From contig NC_043006.1 in NCBI RefSeq assembly GCF_006345805.1, forward strand, positions 64,790,001-64,854,000: 64,000 nucleotides of DNA, in the 5' to 3' direction. Positions within the stretch are counted from its first letter, which is position 1; every line of letters starts with the position of its first letter. Shown one piece after another: positions 51,631 through 64,000 of the stretch. The notes beneath the pieces are model-generated. The model was not told the origin of the DNA and ran no database searches. It worked only from the letters and a program-made list of their open reading frames with translations. Origin of the DNA: Octopus sinensis (Eukaryota). A program made the translations under genes and the position numbers.

Positions 51631-52029
51631 TGGGTAGGCCAGCTTATGGGGTTACCTTGGGTTTCTTGCTCATAAGGGGCTTAGCCTTACAGGGTATCTT
51701 TAGATCCCAAACACTGCTGGCCTGAGACCTCTTTAAAATATGGAGGGAGAAAGCCTCATTTTTAAGGTTAAAACCATAGGTGATCATCTCCCTTTGCTAT
51801 TGTCCATCGATCTTCAGTTGGACTACCATCTTGCAGTCAACAAAGCACAATGCATAAGGATCCTTGAAGACTCACTCATGCCAGGGATCATCCTGAACAC
51901 CAGGACGGAGATTTTTGGACCATGCTTGCATTTTAGAAAATTCCTGCTGGCTTTTTGTAATCTGCATGGCGGCACTACAGCCAGAAACCAATAGCCAAAG
52001 GAAGACAGCCCCCTAAACTGGCCTACCCA
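51631..52029 (+). mobile_element. Short PLE 3' fragment with inverted copy of its 3' end
   Basis: ILNTRTEIFGPCLHFRKFLL resembles LNTRTELFGSCPHVTKFLL of the 13.3 kb PLE; 51631-51670 is an imperfect rc of 51978-52029. Confidence 0.65.
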
Positions 52030-52096
<67 letters not shown>

Positions 52097-52304
52097 TTGT
52101 GTGTGTATCTGTGCTTGTTCCCCCACCATCGCTTAATAATTGATGGTGGTGTGTTTATGTCCCTGTGACTTAGCAGTTTGGCAAAATAAAGCGATAGAAT
52201 AAGTACTTGGCTTACAAAGAATAAGTCTTTGGTTGATTTCTTCGAGTAAAACCCTTTAAGGTGGTGCTCCAGCAGAGAACATGTAAAAGAATATATATAT
52301 ATAT

Positions 52305-52620
52305 GAAGGTGTGTGGCTTAAAGGTTAAGTCATTTGGCTCACAATTGTAAGGTTGTGTGTTCAATTCCCAGGGACGTGTATTGTCCTTGAGCAAGAGACT
52401 TTTTTCATGTTGCCCCAGTTCAATCAGCTGGCAAAAATGAGTAGTACCTGTATTTCAAAGGACCAGCCTTGTCACACTCTATGTCACGCCGAATATCCCC
52501 AAGAACTATGTTAAGGGTATGTGTCTGTGGATTGCTCAGCCTCTTGCATGTTAATTTCACGAGCAAGCTGTTTTGGTGATTGTATCAGCTGGGAACCTCG
52601 TTGTTATAACTGATGGAGTG
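52305..52620 (+). mobile_element. SINE family D
   Basis: TGTGGCTTAAAGGTTAAG..GTTCAATTCC..TGTCCTTGAGCAAGAGACT. Confidence 0.75.
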
Positions 52621-53557
52621 CTCCTATATATATGAGTTAGAATTTCACTGCAGAGCCATAAAATATTTCAACACTAACCAGTTGCTGGCTGCCTATAGAT
52701 AAGACCCATATATCTGGGACAATGCTATTTCTACCATGAGACAGGCATGCACATACACACAAACATTTTGAGCGACATCCAAAAGAAATCCATTGATTTA
52801 ATTGAAAAAAATTCATTTAACAACATACTCTAATCTTTGTCATTCAGATCAGCTTTTCCTGTTTTTATTACTACACCAGAATGGACACCAGTGAAGGTGT
52901 ATGGTCAAGTGATTAGAGTGTTGCATTAATGGTCATAAGATTGTGATTTCAATTCTTGTACCAGGTGGTGTCTTGGTCTAGCAAAAGCTGGAAGTAAATT
53001 CTGCAATGGACTGGTGTCCCATCCTGAAGGGAGCATCATAATTTCAGTCACTTATAAGCCATGGAAACCAATTCAATATCTGGTTTTATGAGCCCCGGGG
53101 TTCAAAAGAGAGAATGGTCACCATTTCTCTGAACTGTCATGCTGTATACCATGTTGACGAACCCAATGCAATCACCCCTGTTTTTGTCATCCCTCCTTTG
53201 TATTATAGCTTAGATCTTCTCTTCTTTACCAAACACTTTGAACTGACCTCCCCAGAGCTGCACCCCTTTGGAATTCCCTGTTGTCCTAGGATTCCCCAAG
53301 CAACTCTGAGCAGAGTCACACCTGCCAACATATGTAGTTTTTTTTTGTGTGTGTTTTATCTTTTGTTGCTACAGATGTCAACAAACACCTACAGAAGTTC
53401 AAATTAAACATCAGCCATATCTACCACATCCATCTAACCAGTCTGTCAAGACATGGAAATGTCATAGGCTTTGCCTCTTCTCTTCTGACTAATTAATTTG
53501 TTTAAATACACACACACACACCTACTTTATTTTCCTTCCATATTACCATTTTGTGTT

Positions 53558-53608
53558 TTATTTAAATCTGTCTACTGATGGGGGTTTACTGAAAATGCTA
53601 CCTTCCAC
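53558..53608 (-). CDS. Candidate terminal coding exon (VEGSIFSKPPSVDRFK*), unknown protein
   Basis: Acceptor TTATTTGTATTCCAG; phase-compatible with candidate exon 53890-53948; no homology recognised. Confidence 0.2.
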   Translation of the reverse strand: MEGSIFSKPPSVDRFK

Positions 53609-53889
53609 CTGGAATACAAATAAATTATGACATAGCACATTATCTGCGTCGAAAAGACACACACACACACATTCTTGCCACCAACGACAATAGAGGAAAT
53701 TGTCAAATGATAGCAGGCTGGCTGGTCAGTTTGTCTTGTGTACTGGTTACACCTGGTATATTTGCTGTTGGATTAAAGTTAGATTCACGTTAAGTAACAG
53801 GAATTACTTGTTTTCTGTAGCATTTTGATAGCAGTGGTTTCTGATCCTGAAGAAGTCTAGTCTCAAATATACGTCATCATTATTATTAC

Positions 53890-53948
53890 TTTCCATCTAT
53901 TTTCGAGATGCTGTTTGTGTGACATAAACGTCCACAGTCCATCATCAC
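53890..53948 (-). CDS. Candidate internal coding exon (DDGLWTFMSHKQHLENRWK), unknown protein
   Basis: Acceptor TCTCTTATTCTGCATGTCAG, donor AAA|GTAATA; non-repetitive sequence. Confidence 0.2.
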
Positions 53949-54039
53949 CTGACATGCAGAATAAGAGACAAAAATTCATTAATTTTAGTTGTGTTTGAAT
54001 AAAATATAATAATGAATTTATTGTATACAGTGCTAGGTG

Positions 54040-54290
54040 CACAACTCAACAGAAAAAGTAGCCAAAAGCTGAGACCCTCTTCGGTCATGACGGACCCTGG
54101 GATTGCACCTAGAAAGTTACCCTCCCAGGCAAGGTTGTTTATGGAAGGCCAGCAGTCGGCCATGCATACCAGCCTCCCCTCTCCATGCCACTGGTGTTAT
54201 CCAAGGGAAAGGCAAAGGCCGATACAGCTTGGCATCAGTGATGTCACAACTCATTTCTACAGCTGAGTGAACTGGAGCAACGTGAACCTG
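54040..54290 (-). mobile_element. SINE related to family D
   Basis: rc contains TTCACGTTGCTCCAGTTCACTCAGCTGTAGAAATGAG. Confidence 0.65.
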
Positions 54291-54684
54291 AGTAATAGTT
54301 GATCATATAAAAGTTGACACCCTATTTTTGGCCAAAAAATTGGGATTTTCCATAGGACCCGTATAAAATTCAACCCTAGTGTTACACAAGCAACAGGACA
54401 ACATTTGTGGATCAGCGACAGTTTGTTGCTGGAAAAAGCACTTAGTATTTTGCGAGTTGAATGAGTTTTCATCACTAGTTTGGGATTCACACACGCTGAG
54501 GATGGATAACCACCCAGAAACTCGAGTTCGTGTGTGTCACGTAAGGCTAGAGATGGGAGCAATGACCTCTCCTCGCAAATATTAACCGGATGCAGGATGT
54601 GTGTCATTAGCCAGCTGGAGATGTTTTCCTGGGGATATAAATGCCAGTAGTATTGTGCTGTATAGGACGCCACACATGATTAGC

Positions 54685-54721
<37 letters not shown>

Positions 54722-54854
54722 TCAGTTCATTGTGTGGCACCTTTGCCAAGTTGTCTTCATCTATAGCTACAGGCTGACCAATGCCTTGTATGTAAATTTG
54801 TTAGATGGAAATTGTGTCAAAGCCCATCATAAACATGTGTGTGTGTATATCATG

Positions 54855-55230
54855 TTTCAGTCATTTCACTGCGGCCATGCTACAGCATTGCCTTTTGTCG
54901 AGAAAATTGACCCCAGGACTTATTCTTTGTAAGCCTAGTACTTATTCTCTCGGTTTCTTTTGCTGAACTGCTAAGTGACGGGGATGTAAACACACCAGCA
55001 TTGGTTGTCAAGTGATGTTGGTGGGGACAAACACAGACACACAGATAAATATATATATATATATACACGAAGGGGTTCTTTCAGTTTCCATCTACCAAAT
55101 CCATTCACAAAGCTTTGGTTGGCCTGAGGCTATAGTAGAAGACACTTGCCCAAGGTGCCATGCAGTGGGACCGAACCCAGAACCATGTGGTTGGTAAGCA
55201 AGCTACTTACCACACAGCCACTCCTGCACC
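54855..55230 (-). mobile_element. SINE family A, full length
   Basis: rc body, (TA)n, head. Confidence 0.88.
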
Positions 55231-55263
55231 TATGTATGTGCATATTTTATCTCTCTCTCTCTG

Positions 55264-55298
<35 letters not shown>

Positions 55299-56566
55299 AT
55301 TTCTGTGTGTCTGAGTCTGTCTCCCCACCACTCTCACAGCTTGACAACTAGTGTTGGTTTGTTGACATTCTCTTAACTTGACAGTTTGGCAACAGATACG
55401 GAGGAAATAAGTACAGACATAAAAACATAATTTCTGGGGTTGATTTGTTTAACTAAAAACCATTCCAGTGACTGAGAGTAGTAAAAGATGAAAGAAAAAA
55501 AAAAAGCAGGTTGAAAAAGATCTCTCATTTGTTATATACCGTATTTTAATGTGTATAAGGAACCCCTTAATTTTTGGGGCTTAAAGTTTGGAAAAATGTT
55601 TTGTAAGGGATTATAATACTATCCATGTGTAAGAAACTCGCGTACTTTTTGAACCTAAATTTTGACAAAAAAAAAAAAAGAAAAAAAAGGGTTCCTTATA
55701 CATGTTGAAATATCGTAAATAGCATTTCCATGTCTTCTTATAAAAAAAAAAAAAAAAAGAGTATATAAGTAAAATATAAACAAGAACAAATTCCACAAAT
55801 ATTTTTTCATTCAGGATAGAAAACCAAAATAAAATAAACTTTTAAAATGTTAATAATGTAACACTGCACATGGAGACTGTTTTTATAATTTGAAATTTCA
55901 TGTGGAAAATTATTGTGCTTGGTTAAACAATGATGAAGTAATTAAAACAAAAGATGAAAAAAACATTGATACATTTTTGTCTGTCTGCTCAGCATGCATG
56001 CATATATATTCATATATATGCCTGCACACATCTTTGCTGCTATACCCTCAGTGAAGCTTTACATAGCATCGTACGGTTATCGACTGCTATTTCCAGCAAA
56101 AATTAGTACCTTGTTGTGCAACTATTTCCTATTTGTAATTCTACCTTTATGGTGCTATATTTCGCTAGAAAAATTGTATTGTAATAATATTTATAATTTA
56201 TATATATATATATACACATGAGAGAGAGAGATGCATACAAATATGTACATTCACGAATGGGTGTATAGATACGGACAGAGATACATGTACATGTATACAT
56301 GGTTGGATGTGTAGTGAGAAGAGGTGCAGATGGGGCACTGTGATAAGAAGTTTGATCCCAACCATATGGATTCAGGTTCAGTTCCAATGCATGGCACCTT
56401 GGGCATGTGTCTTCTACCATGAACCCAGGCTGGCCAAAGCCATGTGAGTGAATTTGATAGTCTGTTATACATACATATATATATGTATGTATATAATGTA
56501 TACATACACACACACCCGCACACATATATATAGACACACACACAGATACACGTGTGTGTGTGTATA

Positions 56567-56930
56567 CTAGCTGAGTAGCCCATTGTTGCCAGGCAATTTT
56601 CACAAGAGAATGTCTTTATTTCAATTATTTTTTTTTATTCCATGTCAAACCATGTCTTCTTCAATGGATAGGCCTCTTGAACAGGTTAGATTTCTGCATT
56701 ATTTGGGGCAATTTATGTCTCCTTTCAGTGAATAGCTGTAAAAAATTTTCTCACTTGCTACTGTTGAACATCCAATGTAAAGCTGACCGTGGGAGAAGCA
56801 GGGCTTGTCAAGGTGAGAAAATCAGCAAAAACTAAGACTTACTGAAATTGAAGTAGTTTGAATTGGAATGGTACATTGTCTCCGGAGTCTATGTGATGGG
56901 GGCTCTTGTATCCTTATTATCTAATCAATG
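56567..56930 (-). mobile_element. Helitron 3' fragment retaining PIF1-like helicase C-terminal motifs
   Basis: rc: DSGDNVPFQFKLLQF.VSLSF and LDKPCFSHGQLYIGCSTV, then degenerate hairpin and CTAG|T terminus. Confidence 0.8.
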
Positions 56931-57164
56931 CATCCCATTCTTGGAGGTCTCCTGAGATCATGTAATGAAGGCTAGTGTTTGCATATTGTCTATTCCTGGT
57001 CTTATGCAGCTGTCTCCTGAGCTTGCTGAGGATGATTTGCGTAGGTCCTTGGACCCTGTTGCCCTAATAAAATTCCTTAAACACATGCAAACACACTGAT
57101 GCACACTTAGCATCAGCAATATGCATGTAAAGGTTGCCAGTGGCATGTAAAAAGCACCATTCAA

Positions 57165-58210
57165 GCGTGGTACAGGGATCTGTTCTTGGCCCCCTTTTAT
57201 TTGCTGCATATGTTAATGACATAGATGCCAACTTAAAGAATGCCACAGTGCTGAAATGTGCAGACGACATCAAGCTGTACCTTGAAATAAAGAGGACAGA
57301 TCCTGTACACTATAGATCTTTATTGCAATCAGACCTGGACACAATGCAGCAGTGGATCATGGACTGGCAACTCAAGCTGGCTATGGACAAATGTACCACC
57401 ATGCATTTTGGGAGGAAAAACCCAGCATCTTCTTACTCCCTCCACAACACTAATCTCAAAAAGTCTTCTTGTGAACGTGACCTGGGCATTATTGTTGACA
57501 GCAATTTGTATTGGACAAAACACATTGCTAAAATTGCCAAGAAGACTGAGGGTGTTTTGGCATCACTCACCAGTTCCTTTTGTGAGCCACTCTCTGGCTA
57601 TCTATCTGCAGCTTTATATAGCTATGGTGTGACCTCACCTGGAATTTGCATCACCGGTCTGGAACCCCTATCTTGCCCAGGATATTAATCATCTGGAAGC
57701 CGTTCAGCGATGTGCAACCAAGAGAATACCCTCCATCAGGCATTTGCCATATTCTGAATGCCTTACTTCCCTGGGCATGGATACATTGAAACTCTGAAGT
57801 CTGGCAGCTGACTTGGCAGACACCCATAAAATTATTAACCATCTTACAAACAATAACTCTGAGCACCTTTTCAAACACCCGTGGACATGTTTACAAAGTC
57901 AGAAAACAGCACAGCTCCCATGACGTTTGGAAACATTTTTTCATGCTAAGAGTTGCCGAAGTATGGAACAAACTGCCGGCATCAGTTGTTAGTTGTCAGA
58001 GCACAGCATCCTTCAAAACTTCCATGCTTCCTGAGATTCGCCAACACTACACCTGATTTTTTCCCCTCCATACACATGCAAGCATGTATCTGACTCATAC
58101 ACTGTTCACTTCCCAGACATTTGTACATTACTGCATTTTATACGCACTTTTGACAAGTTGTGGTGCACCTGAGCACTGTATACAATAATTTCATTATTAT
58201 TATTATTATA
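57165..58210 (+). mobile_element. CR1-type LINE 3' fragment with 3' UTR and (ATT)n tail
   Basis: VQGSVLGPLLF..KCADDIKLY..LQSDLD..KCTTMHFG..ERDLGIIVD..LEAVQRCATK..TRGHVYK..VWNKLP. Confidence 0.92.
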
Positions 58211-58821
58211 AATATATTTAGAGAGAGAGAGAGAGAGAGAGAAAGCATAAAAGACAGAGAAAACAAATAGGACAGAGAGAGGCAGATTTGGTGATTTGAA
58301 ACTAGAGTTATTTCTCATCTCAAATATTTTTTGATTATTTACTGGAAACCTTCTTGGGATGCAGATTACAAAAGTCAAATGTTTTCCTTGAGGACTCACC
58401 ATGTCAGAGCCTTTTAGTGATATATACATACATGCACTCATTTATGTGGTAGATGTATATGAGTATGTATGTATAGGTTACTGTCTCCTTGCCTTGACAT
58501 TGTGTGATAGTTATAAGTGAGTGTCACTGTTACACAAGCAGTGTCTGTTTCCAATGCTCCATGAAAACATGTCTGGTTACCTTACTTGAAAGGCTGGCCA
58601 TAGAAAATCTGCTCCAACAAATTCTATCCAACCCAAGTGAACATGGAAAAGTGGACATTAAAACAATGAAGATGCATCTGTACATAATGGCACATGGCCT
58701 AGTGGTTAGAGCAGAACTTCTTTTCCTTGAGCAAGTCACTTCATTCATTACATGTTGTTCCTGTCTACTTAGTGGAAATGAGTATCTGCTGAGTGTTTGG
58801 TAACATTCTCTCTCCCACTCT

Positions 58822-58864
58822 AAACAAGATGAGGACACATATCCATCAAATGTAAATAATGTAC
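58822..58864 (+). mobile_element. Family E 3' fragment
   Basis: AAACAAGATGAGGACACATATCCATCAAATGTAAATAATGTAC. Confidence 0.7.
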
Positions 58865-58884
58865 GTAATGTTAAAATAATCATG

Positions 58885-59040
58885 TCGGTAGCATATAAAA
58901 GCACCCACTACACTCTCGGAGTGGTTGGCATTAGAAACTCTGCCAGATCAGATTGGAGTCTGGTACAGCCATCTGGCTCACCAGTCCTCAGTCAACCCAT
59001 ACCAGCATGGAAAGCAGACGTTAAACGACGATGATGATAG
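58885..59040 (+). mobile_element. SINE family B
   Basis: Same 3' motif and (GAT)n tail. Confidence 0.85.
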
Positions 59041-59674
59041 TACATGCTATCAAATTATGTGATTGCACAAAGACCTATACTTTTAGAGCAGAAACAAACT
59101 GCCGTGACATTCATGCCTTTTCCAAGGTGAATCTTGGCTTCAACTAGGGATTGAAACTACATCATAGTTATCTTGAGGAAGCTGTATGTGGTTATTCGAC
59201 ATGCTAGAATAGCAATTCCCATTCTGGGATTCCTGTTCAAAATTTTAAAAAGTCTACTCATTTCCATAGGAAAAGGAGTTTGTTGTTTGTTTATGAAACA
59301 AACTTACTAAGTAGAGAGAGACCTTTTAAAAACCTTGGGGGTCTGTGGGGAAAATTCACATCAATGAAAGAGGTCCATGGTTGGAACTCTTAAAATCACA
59401 TGTGCAGAGGTTCTGAACTTTTTCACTCTCTTGAAAAGGTTGAGAATCACTGCAAGTTATTTTAGGAAAACTTTATCACTTTAATACACGTCTGTGTGCG
59501 TGTGACACAGGCATGGTTTTGGGTTCAGACCCACAGCATTGTACCTTGGGCAAGTGTCTTCTTCCAATTTCCATCTACCGAATCATCTCACAGGGCTTTG
59601 GTTGGCCTGAGGCTATAGCAGAAGCCCATTCTGTATATATGTGCGTGTGTATAAAATATATATATATATATATA

Positions 59675-60215
59675 TGAGCAAAACACACCCCCGTCCAATG
59701 GATGGTGCTGAATCATATCTGCTGAATAAAAAGCAATCAGTGTTTTCTTTTCATTAAAAAACAATTAAGCATGCCTTATTTTCAATAAAATTTTTGGTTT
59801 TGTTAAACGAAGTTAAGGTAAAAACAAAAAAAAAAAAAACTTCTTGAGAAACCAAATAGTCTTTCTTTCCTTCATGCCAAGTTTGAAGAAAATATCTCTT
59901 TTGCATCTTACTTTTTTGGTCTCTTAAATATACTGCATTTTGTGGCATTATTTCAAGCCAGCCGGCTTTTTTTCCGCAAACTGCACATGCATAGTATCGT
60001 AACAGATGATGTACTTGCGCATACAAATGCACGTTCCCACGGCTTTATCGATCGCATTCTCACTTGGAATCGATTTTTGTAATTTTTCGACTTATACATG
60101 CCCTGATACTGTCGGACATATCAAATTTGAGCACAATCGGATGGAGGATGCCCGAGATCCTAAAAGACACACACACAGACAGACAGAATGGATTTTACAT
60201 AATATATATATATAT
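59675..60215 (-). mobile_element. Non-autonomous Helitron-like element, diverged
   Basis: rc starts (TA)n..(TCTG)n and ends with hairpin CCATCC-ATT-GGACGG then CTCA|T. Confidence 0.5.
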
Positions 60216-60234
60216 ATACAAGTGAAATCTGAAT

Positions 60235-60722
60235 CAAAATTGAACCAATCCTATGACTGGCACCTGGCAGTTGCCAGTGCCACTGGACTGACTCCTGTGC
60301 AGGTGGCAAGTAAAGAAATACCGTTTTGATCCGTGCTTGAGGAGACCTATTGAGTCAAGTACATCAACATCAAAAATCAATGGAAATTGTAGTTGTGATC
60401 CCTGTGCCGGTGGCACGTAAAAGGCACCCTCCGAACATGGCTGATGCCAGTGCCACCTTGACTGGCTTCCGTGCAGGTGTCACGTAAAAAGCACCAACTG
60501 ATCGTGGTCGTTGCCAGCCTCACCTGGCACCTGTGTCGGTGGCACATAAAAAGCACCCACTACACTCACGGAGTGGTTGGTGTTAGGAAGGGCATCCAGC
60601 TGTAGAAACAATGCCAGATCAGACTGGAGCCTGGTGCAGCCTTCTGGCTTCCCAGACCCCGGTTGAACTGTCCAACCTATGCTAGCATGGAAAACGGACG
60701 TTAAACGACGATGATGATGATA
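60235..60722 (+). mobile_element. SINE family B, long form with four internal GTGGCACGTAAAAAGCACC-type modules
   Basis: Modules near 60300, 60410, 60475 and 60540; (GAT)n tail. Confidence 0.8.
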
Positions 60723-61339
60723 TGCATACATGTGTGTCTTTGTCTTCCACAACCACTTGACCACCTTATTGGTTTGGCAAAAGAGACCAACAGAATAAGT
60801 ACCTGGCTTAACAAGAACTACTGATGTCTATTCGTACAACCAAAAATTCTTCCAGGCAGTGCTCCAGCATGACCACAGCCTAATGACTGAAACAGAGAAT
60901 GGGAAGTTCCCCAGGCTAACCTATCCTGGATAGAAAGACATCCTATAAAGACAAAACGTTCTGTGGTGACCCCAAACACTTTGCTGTTTAGCATAACACT
61001 AAATAAATAGCAGGCATGTTGCTGAAACCTGGTTCTTCAGTTCTGCTTGTGCCACAATTCTGAAGAATGTCATAGAAACATTGAATAAGTAGTATGGATT
61101 CTCTCAACCAAAGAAGAAGACATGAACATTGGTTGATTGAGTCAAGCAAAATGGCTTGTCTAGGACTTGACACACATTCTGCAGGCATGGCCTTGTGCTA
61201 AGAAGTTTGCTTCCCAACCACATGGTTTCAGGTTCAGTCCCACTGCAAGTACCTTCTAGTATAGTCCTGGGCCAACCAAACCTGTGCGAGTGAGTGGATT
61301 TAGAAGACAAACTGAAAGAAGCCTGTTATATGTGTACCA

Positions 61340-62232
61340 TCATTTAACATCTGTTCTCCATGCTAGCAGGGATTGGACAGTTTGATAAGAGTTGGCAAAC
61401 CAGAGAGCTGCACCAGGCTCCAGTCTTCTGTTTTGGAATTGTTTCTGTGACTGGATGCCCTTTCTAATGCCAGCCACTTTACAGAGTGTACTGGGTGGTT
61501 CTTATGTGGCACCAGCACAGAAGCTTTTTACATGTGCTTATGTGTGTTTTACTATCTCCTTGCTTTCACATCACATGACAGTTGCAAATGAGTTACCTTC
61601 ATACAAACAGTATCCATTGTTTCCAATCTTCTGTAAAAACATGTTTGGCTATGAGGACCTTACTTGGGAACAGATGAAGGTTGGCAACAGGAAGGGCATC
61701 CATCCATAGAAAACTGATTAAAATGATGGCCTACCTAATGACACCTTTCTGCCATTGTACAAATGATAAAACACAGTCATTTCCTTGGTTTATCAGATTA
61801 GGGAGATTATCTACTTTCCATGGAACCTATTTATAACTATAGAAGAACCAATTTCCCCACCCACCAATGAACCAAACTACCTCACCTCCTTGCAGCTGCA
61901 GCCTACCCACCCCATTTCTCTGTCAACTGTATCATTACTAATCACCTGTTCTCCCTTCCACATCCCTCTACTGTCCTCAACTTGTGTCCCATCGGTCCTC
62001 ATCCTTCCATCCTATTCCCATGCCACTGGCATGTAAAAAGTTCCATTTAAGCATGTGACATGTAAAATGCACCCACTATACTCTGGGAGTGGTTGGCATT
62101 AGGGGGGCATCCAGCTGTAGAAACCTTGCCAGGTCAGATTGGAGCCTGGTGCAACCTCCTGGCTTACCAGTCCTCAGTCAAATCATCCAACCTATGCCAG
62201 TATAGAAAGCAGATGTTAAATGATGATGATGA
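61340..62232. mobile_element. SINE family B copies (61340-61520 -, 62020-62232 +)
   Basis: Family B motifs on opposite strands. Confidence 0.75.
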
Positions 62233-62254
62233 GGACTTGCTGGCTACTTCCCCA

Positions 62255-63460
62255 TCAGTTACGGCAACAAATGTTAAAGTTGATTCAATCAACGGAACAG
62301 CCCGCTCATGGAATTAACATGCAAGTGGCTGAGCACTCCGTAGACAAGTGTTTCCTTATAGTTGTCCTCAGGGAGACTCAACATGACACAGAACGTGACA
62401 AGGTTGGCCCTTGTGAAATCAGGTACAACTTACTTTGCTAGCTGAGTGGACTGGAGTAAAGTGAAATGAAGTGTCTTGCTCAAGGACACAATGCACTGAC
62501 AAATATTGAACTCATGACCCTATGATTGTGAACCAAATACTCTTAACCATTAAACCATGCACCTTCCTACCCATACAATCTTGCACCCCACCTTCTACTC
62601 ATGCCCTGAGGGATCCAACTGGACACACCCTAATTATCTATCTCTGCAGCTCCTACAAATCATTTCCTTCCTTATCAAATCTGAATCACCATGCAGCCCA
62701 TTTCCAAAGACCTGCTCTTCTACACTTCATGTTTTAACTGCCCACACCCCAAGCATAAATCTGACCCCCACCTCCCCACAGGGTTCGTAATCTTCCCGAG
62801 TTGCATGGCATGAAAAGAGCACTCAGAGTGTACTGTAAAGTTGTTGGCATTAAGCCAGAGACACCCTGTCAAAACAGACACTGCAGCCAGATGCAGTCCT
62901 TGGGCCTGCTGGATCCTGTCAAACCATTCAACTCATGGCAGCATGGAACACAGATGTTAAATGATGACAGAAATTGCCAATGAACGTGCAAGATCTTCCC
63001 AGATTTGTGATAGTGAAATCCCGGCTTCGACCTCCAGAAGATGACCTGTAAAGAAAACAAAGGCAACAAATTCCATTTGGGTAAAAAGTTAAATGCAAGG
63101 ATTGAAGGAGTGACAGAAGGAAGGGGAATGAGGCGAGTTGGTAAGTAGCTTGTTAATTTAGGTTTAAAAGGTGTTATAAGAGAGGCAGAGCACAGAGTCT
63201 TGTTCAGACCCAGGTCATCCCTGATTAAGCAGATCTTTCATTTTAAAAAAAGGCATTCCAGCAGTGACCATCCAGTTTTTTAAATCTTAACATGCAAGTG
63301 GCTAAGCACACCACAAACAAGTGCTCCCTTAATGTTGTCCTCAGGGAGACTCAGCATGACAAGGTTGGCCCTTTTGAATTACAGGTAAAACTTATTTTTG
63401 CTAGCTGAGTGGACTGGAGCAATGTGAAATAAAGTGTCTTGCTCAAGGACACATTGCACT
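62255..63460 (-). mobile_element. SINE family D copies (62255-62560, 63290-63460) with a family B fragment (62800-62970 +) between
   Basis: GCTGAGTGGACTGGAG..GTGTCTTGCTCAAGGACAC in both. Confidence 0.75.
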
Positions 63461-63705
63461 AGTATTTTTCTTTTTATAACTAGAACCACATTGTTCTATA
63501 TGTCCCACTTTAAGAGGCAGTTGAGCAACCACAGTGGTCGTCATATAGCTCCAACCAAACTTGACAAAGAAAAGGTGCTATGCCCAGTGACAGACATTGA
63601 GCCATCAGCCTCTTGGCTTGCAACCTAACAAGCTGGCTACATTCAACAAAACAAACACTAACAAACTAATATCAAGTCAACTTTCCAATAGTTTAACATT
63701 CTAGA

Positions 63706-64000
63706 CAGGCATGGCTGTGTGGTAAAAAGCTTGCTTTGCAACCACATGGTTCTAGGTTCAGTCCTACTGTGTGGCACCTTGGGCAAGTGTCTACTGTAGC
63801 CACAGGCTGACCAAAGTCTTATGAGTAGATTTGGTAGACAGAAACTGAGTAGAAACCTATTGTGTGTGTGCTCCCACCATTGGTTGACAACTAGTGTTTG
63901 TTTATGTCCCTATAACTTAACAGTTCAGCAAAAGTGTCTGATAGAACAAGTACCAAGCTAAAAAAAAAAGCACTGTTGTCGATTTGACTAAAATCCCTTC
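63706..64000 (+). mobile_element. SINE family A (runs off window end)
   Basis: GGCATGGCTGTGTGGTAAAAAGCTTGC..GGTTCAGTCC..CCTTGGGCAAGTGTC. Confidence 0.85.

Noticed and set aside
48121-56180. Plus-strand exon candidates (48121-48150, 49246-49353, 53821-53860, 56052-56180)
   Set aside because: Acceptor-like sites are common in AT-rich DNA; they do not chain into one frame, and 49246-49353 has stops in all three frames
61049-61070. CTGAAGA..GAAAC hammerhead candidate
   Set aside because: Stem II has a 1-nt loop, no stem I and no NUH; likely chance

Overview
AT-rich metazoan genomic DNA, most likely octopus (inferred from my recognition of the tRNA-derived SINE families and the microsatellite load; not database-confirmed). 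Almost all of it is repeat-derived intronic or intergenic sequence. It contains dozens of SINE copies (working names A-E), LINE fragments (RTE, CR1), a decayed Gypsy gag-pol, Penelope-like elements (PLEs), Helitrons, a mariner remnant, MITEs and long micro/minisatellites. No host gene can be called with confidence; a few low-confidence exon candidates are given. Most long ORFs in the track are microsatellite artefacts. Best lead: a tRNA-headed SINE (family E) carries a PLE-type minimal hammerhead-like motif. It is inserted as an inverted partial tandem with a TSD (23671-24259). A second 71-bp insertion with a 14-bp TSD starts at the predicted self-cleavage site (50865-50935). Two PLE insertions show the same inverted-3'-end geometry (11.2-13.7 kb; 51.6-52.0 kb). 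This suggests a ribozyme-bearing Pol III SINE mobilised in trans by PLEs. SINE and LINE boundaries are approximate (about +/-10-20 nt); all translations and folds were done by eye.
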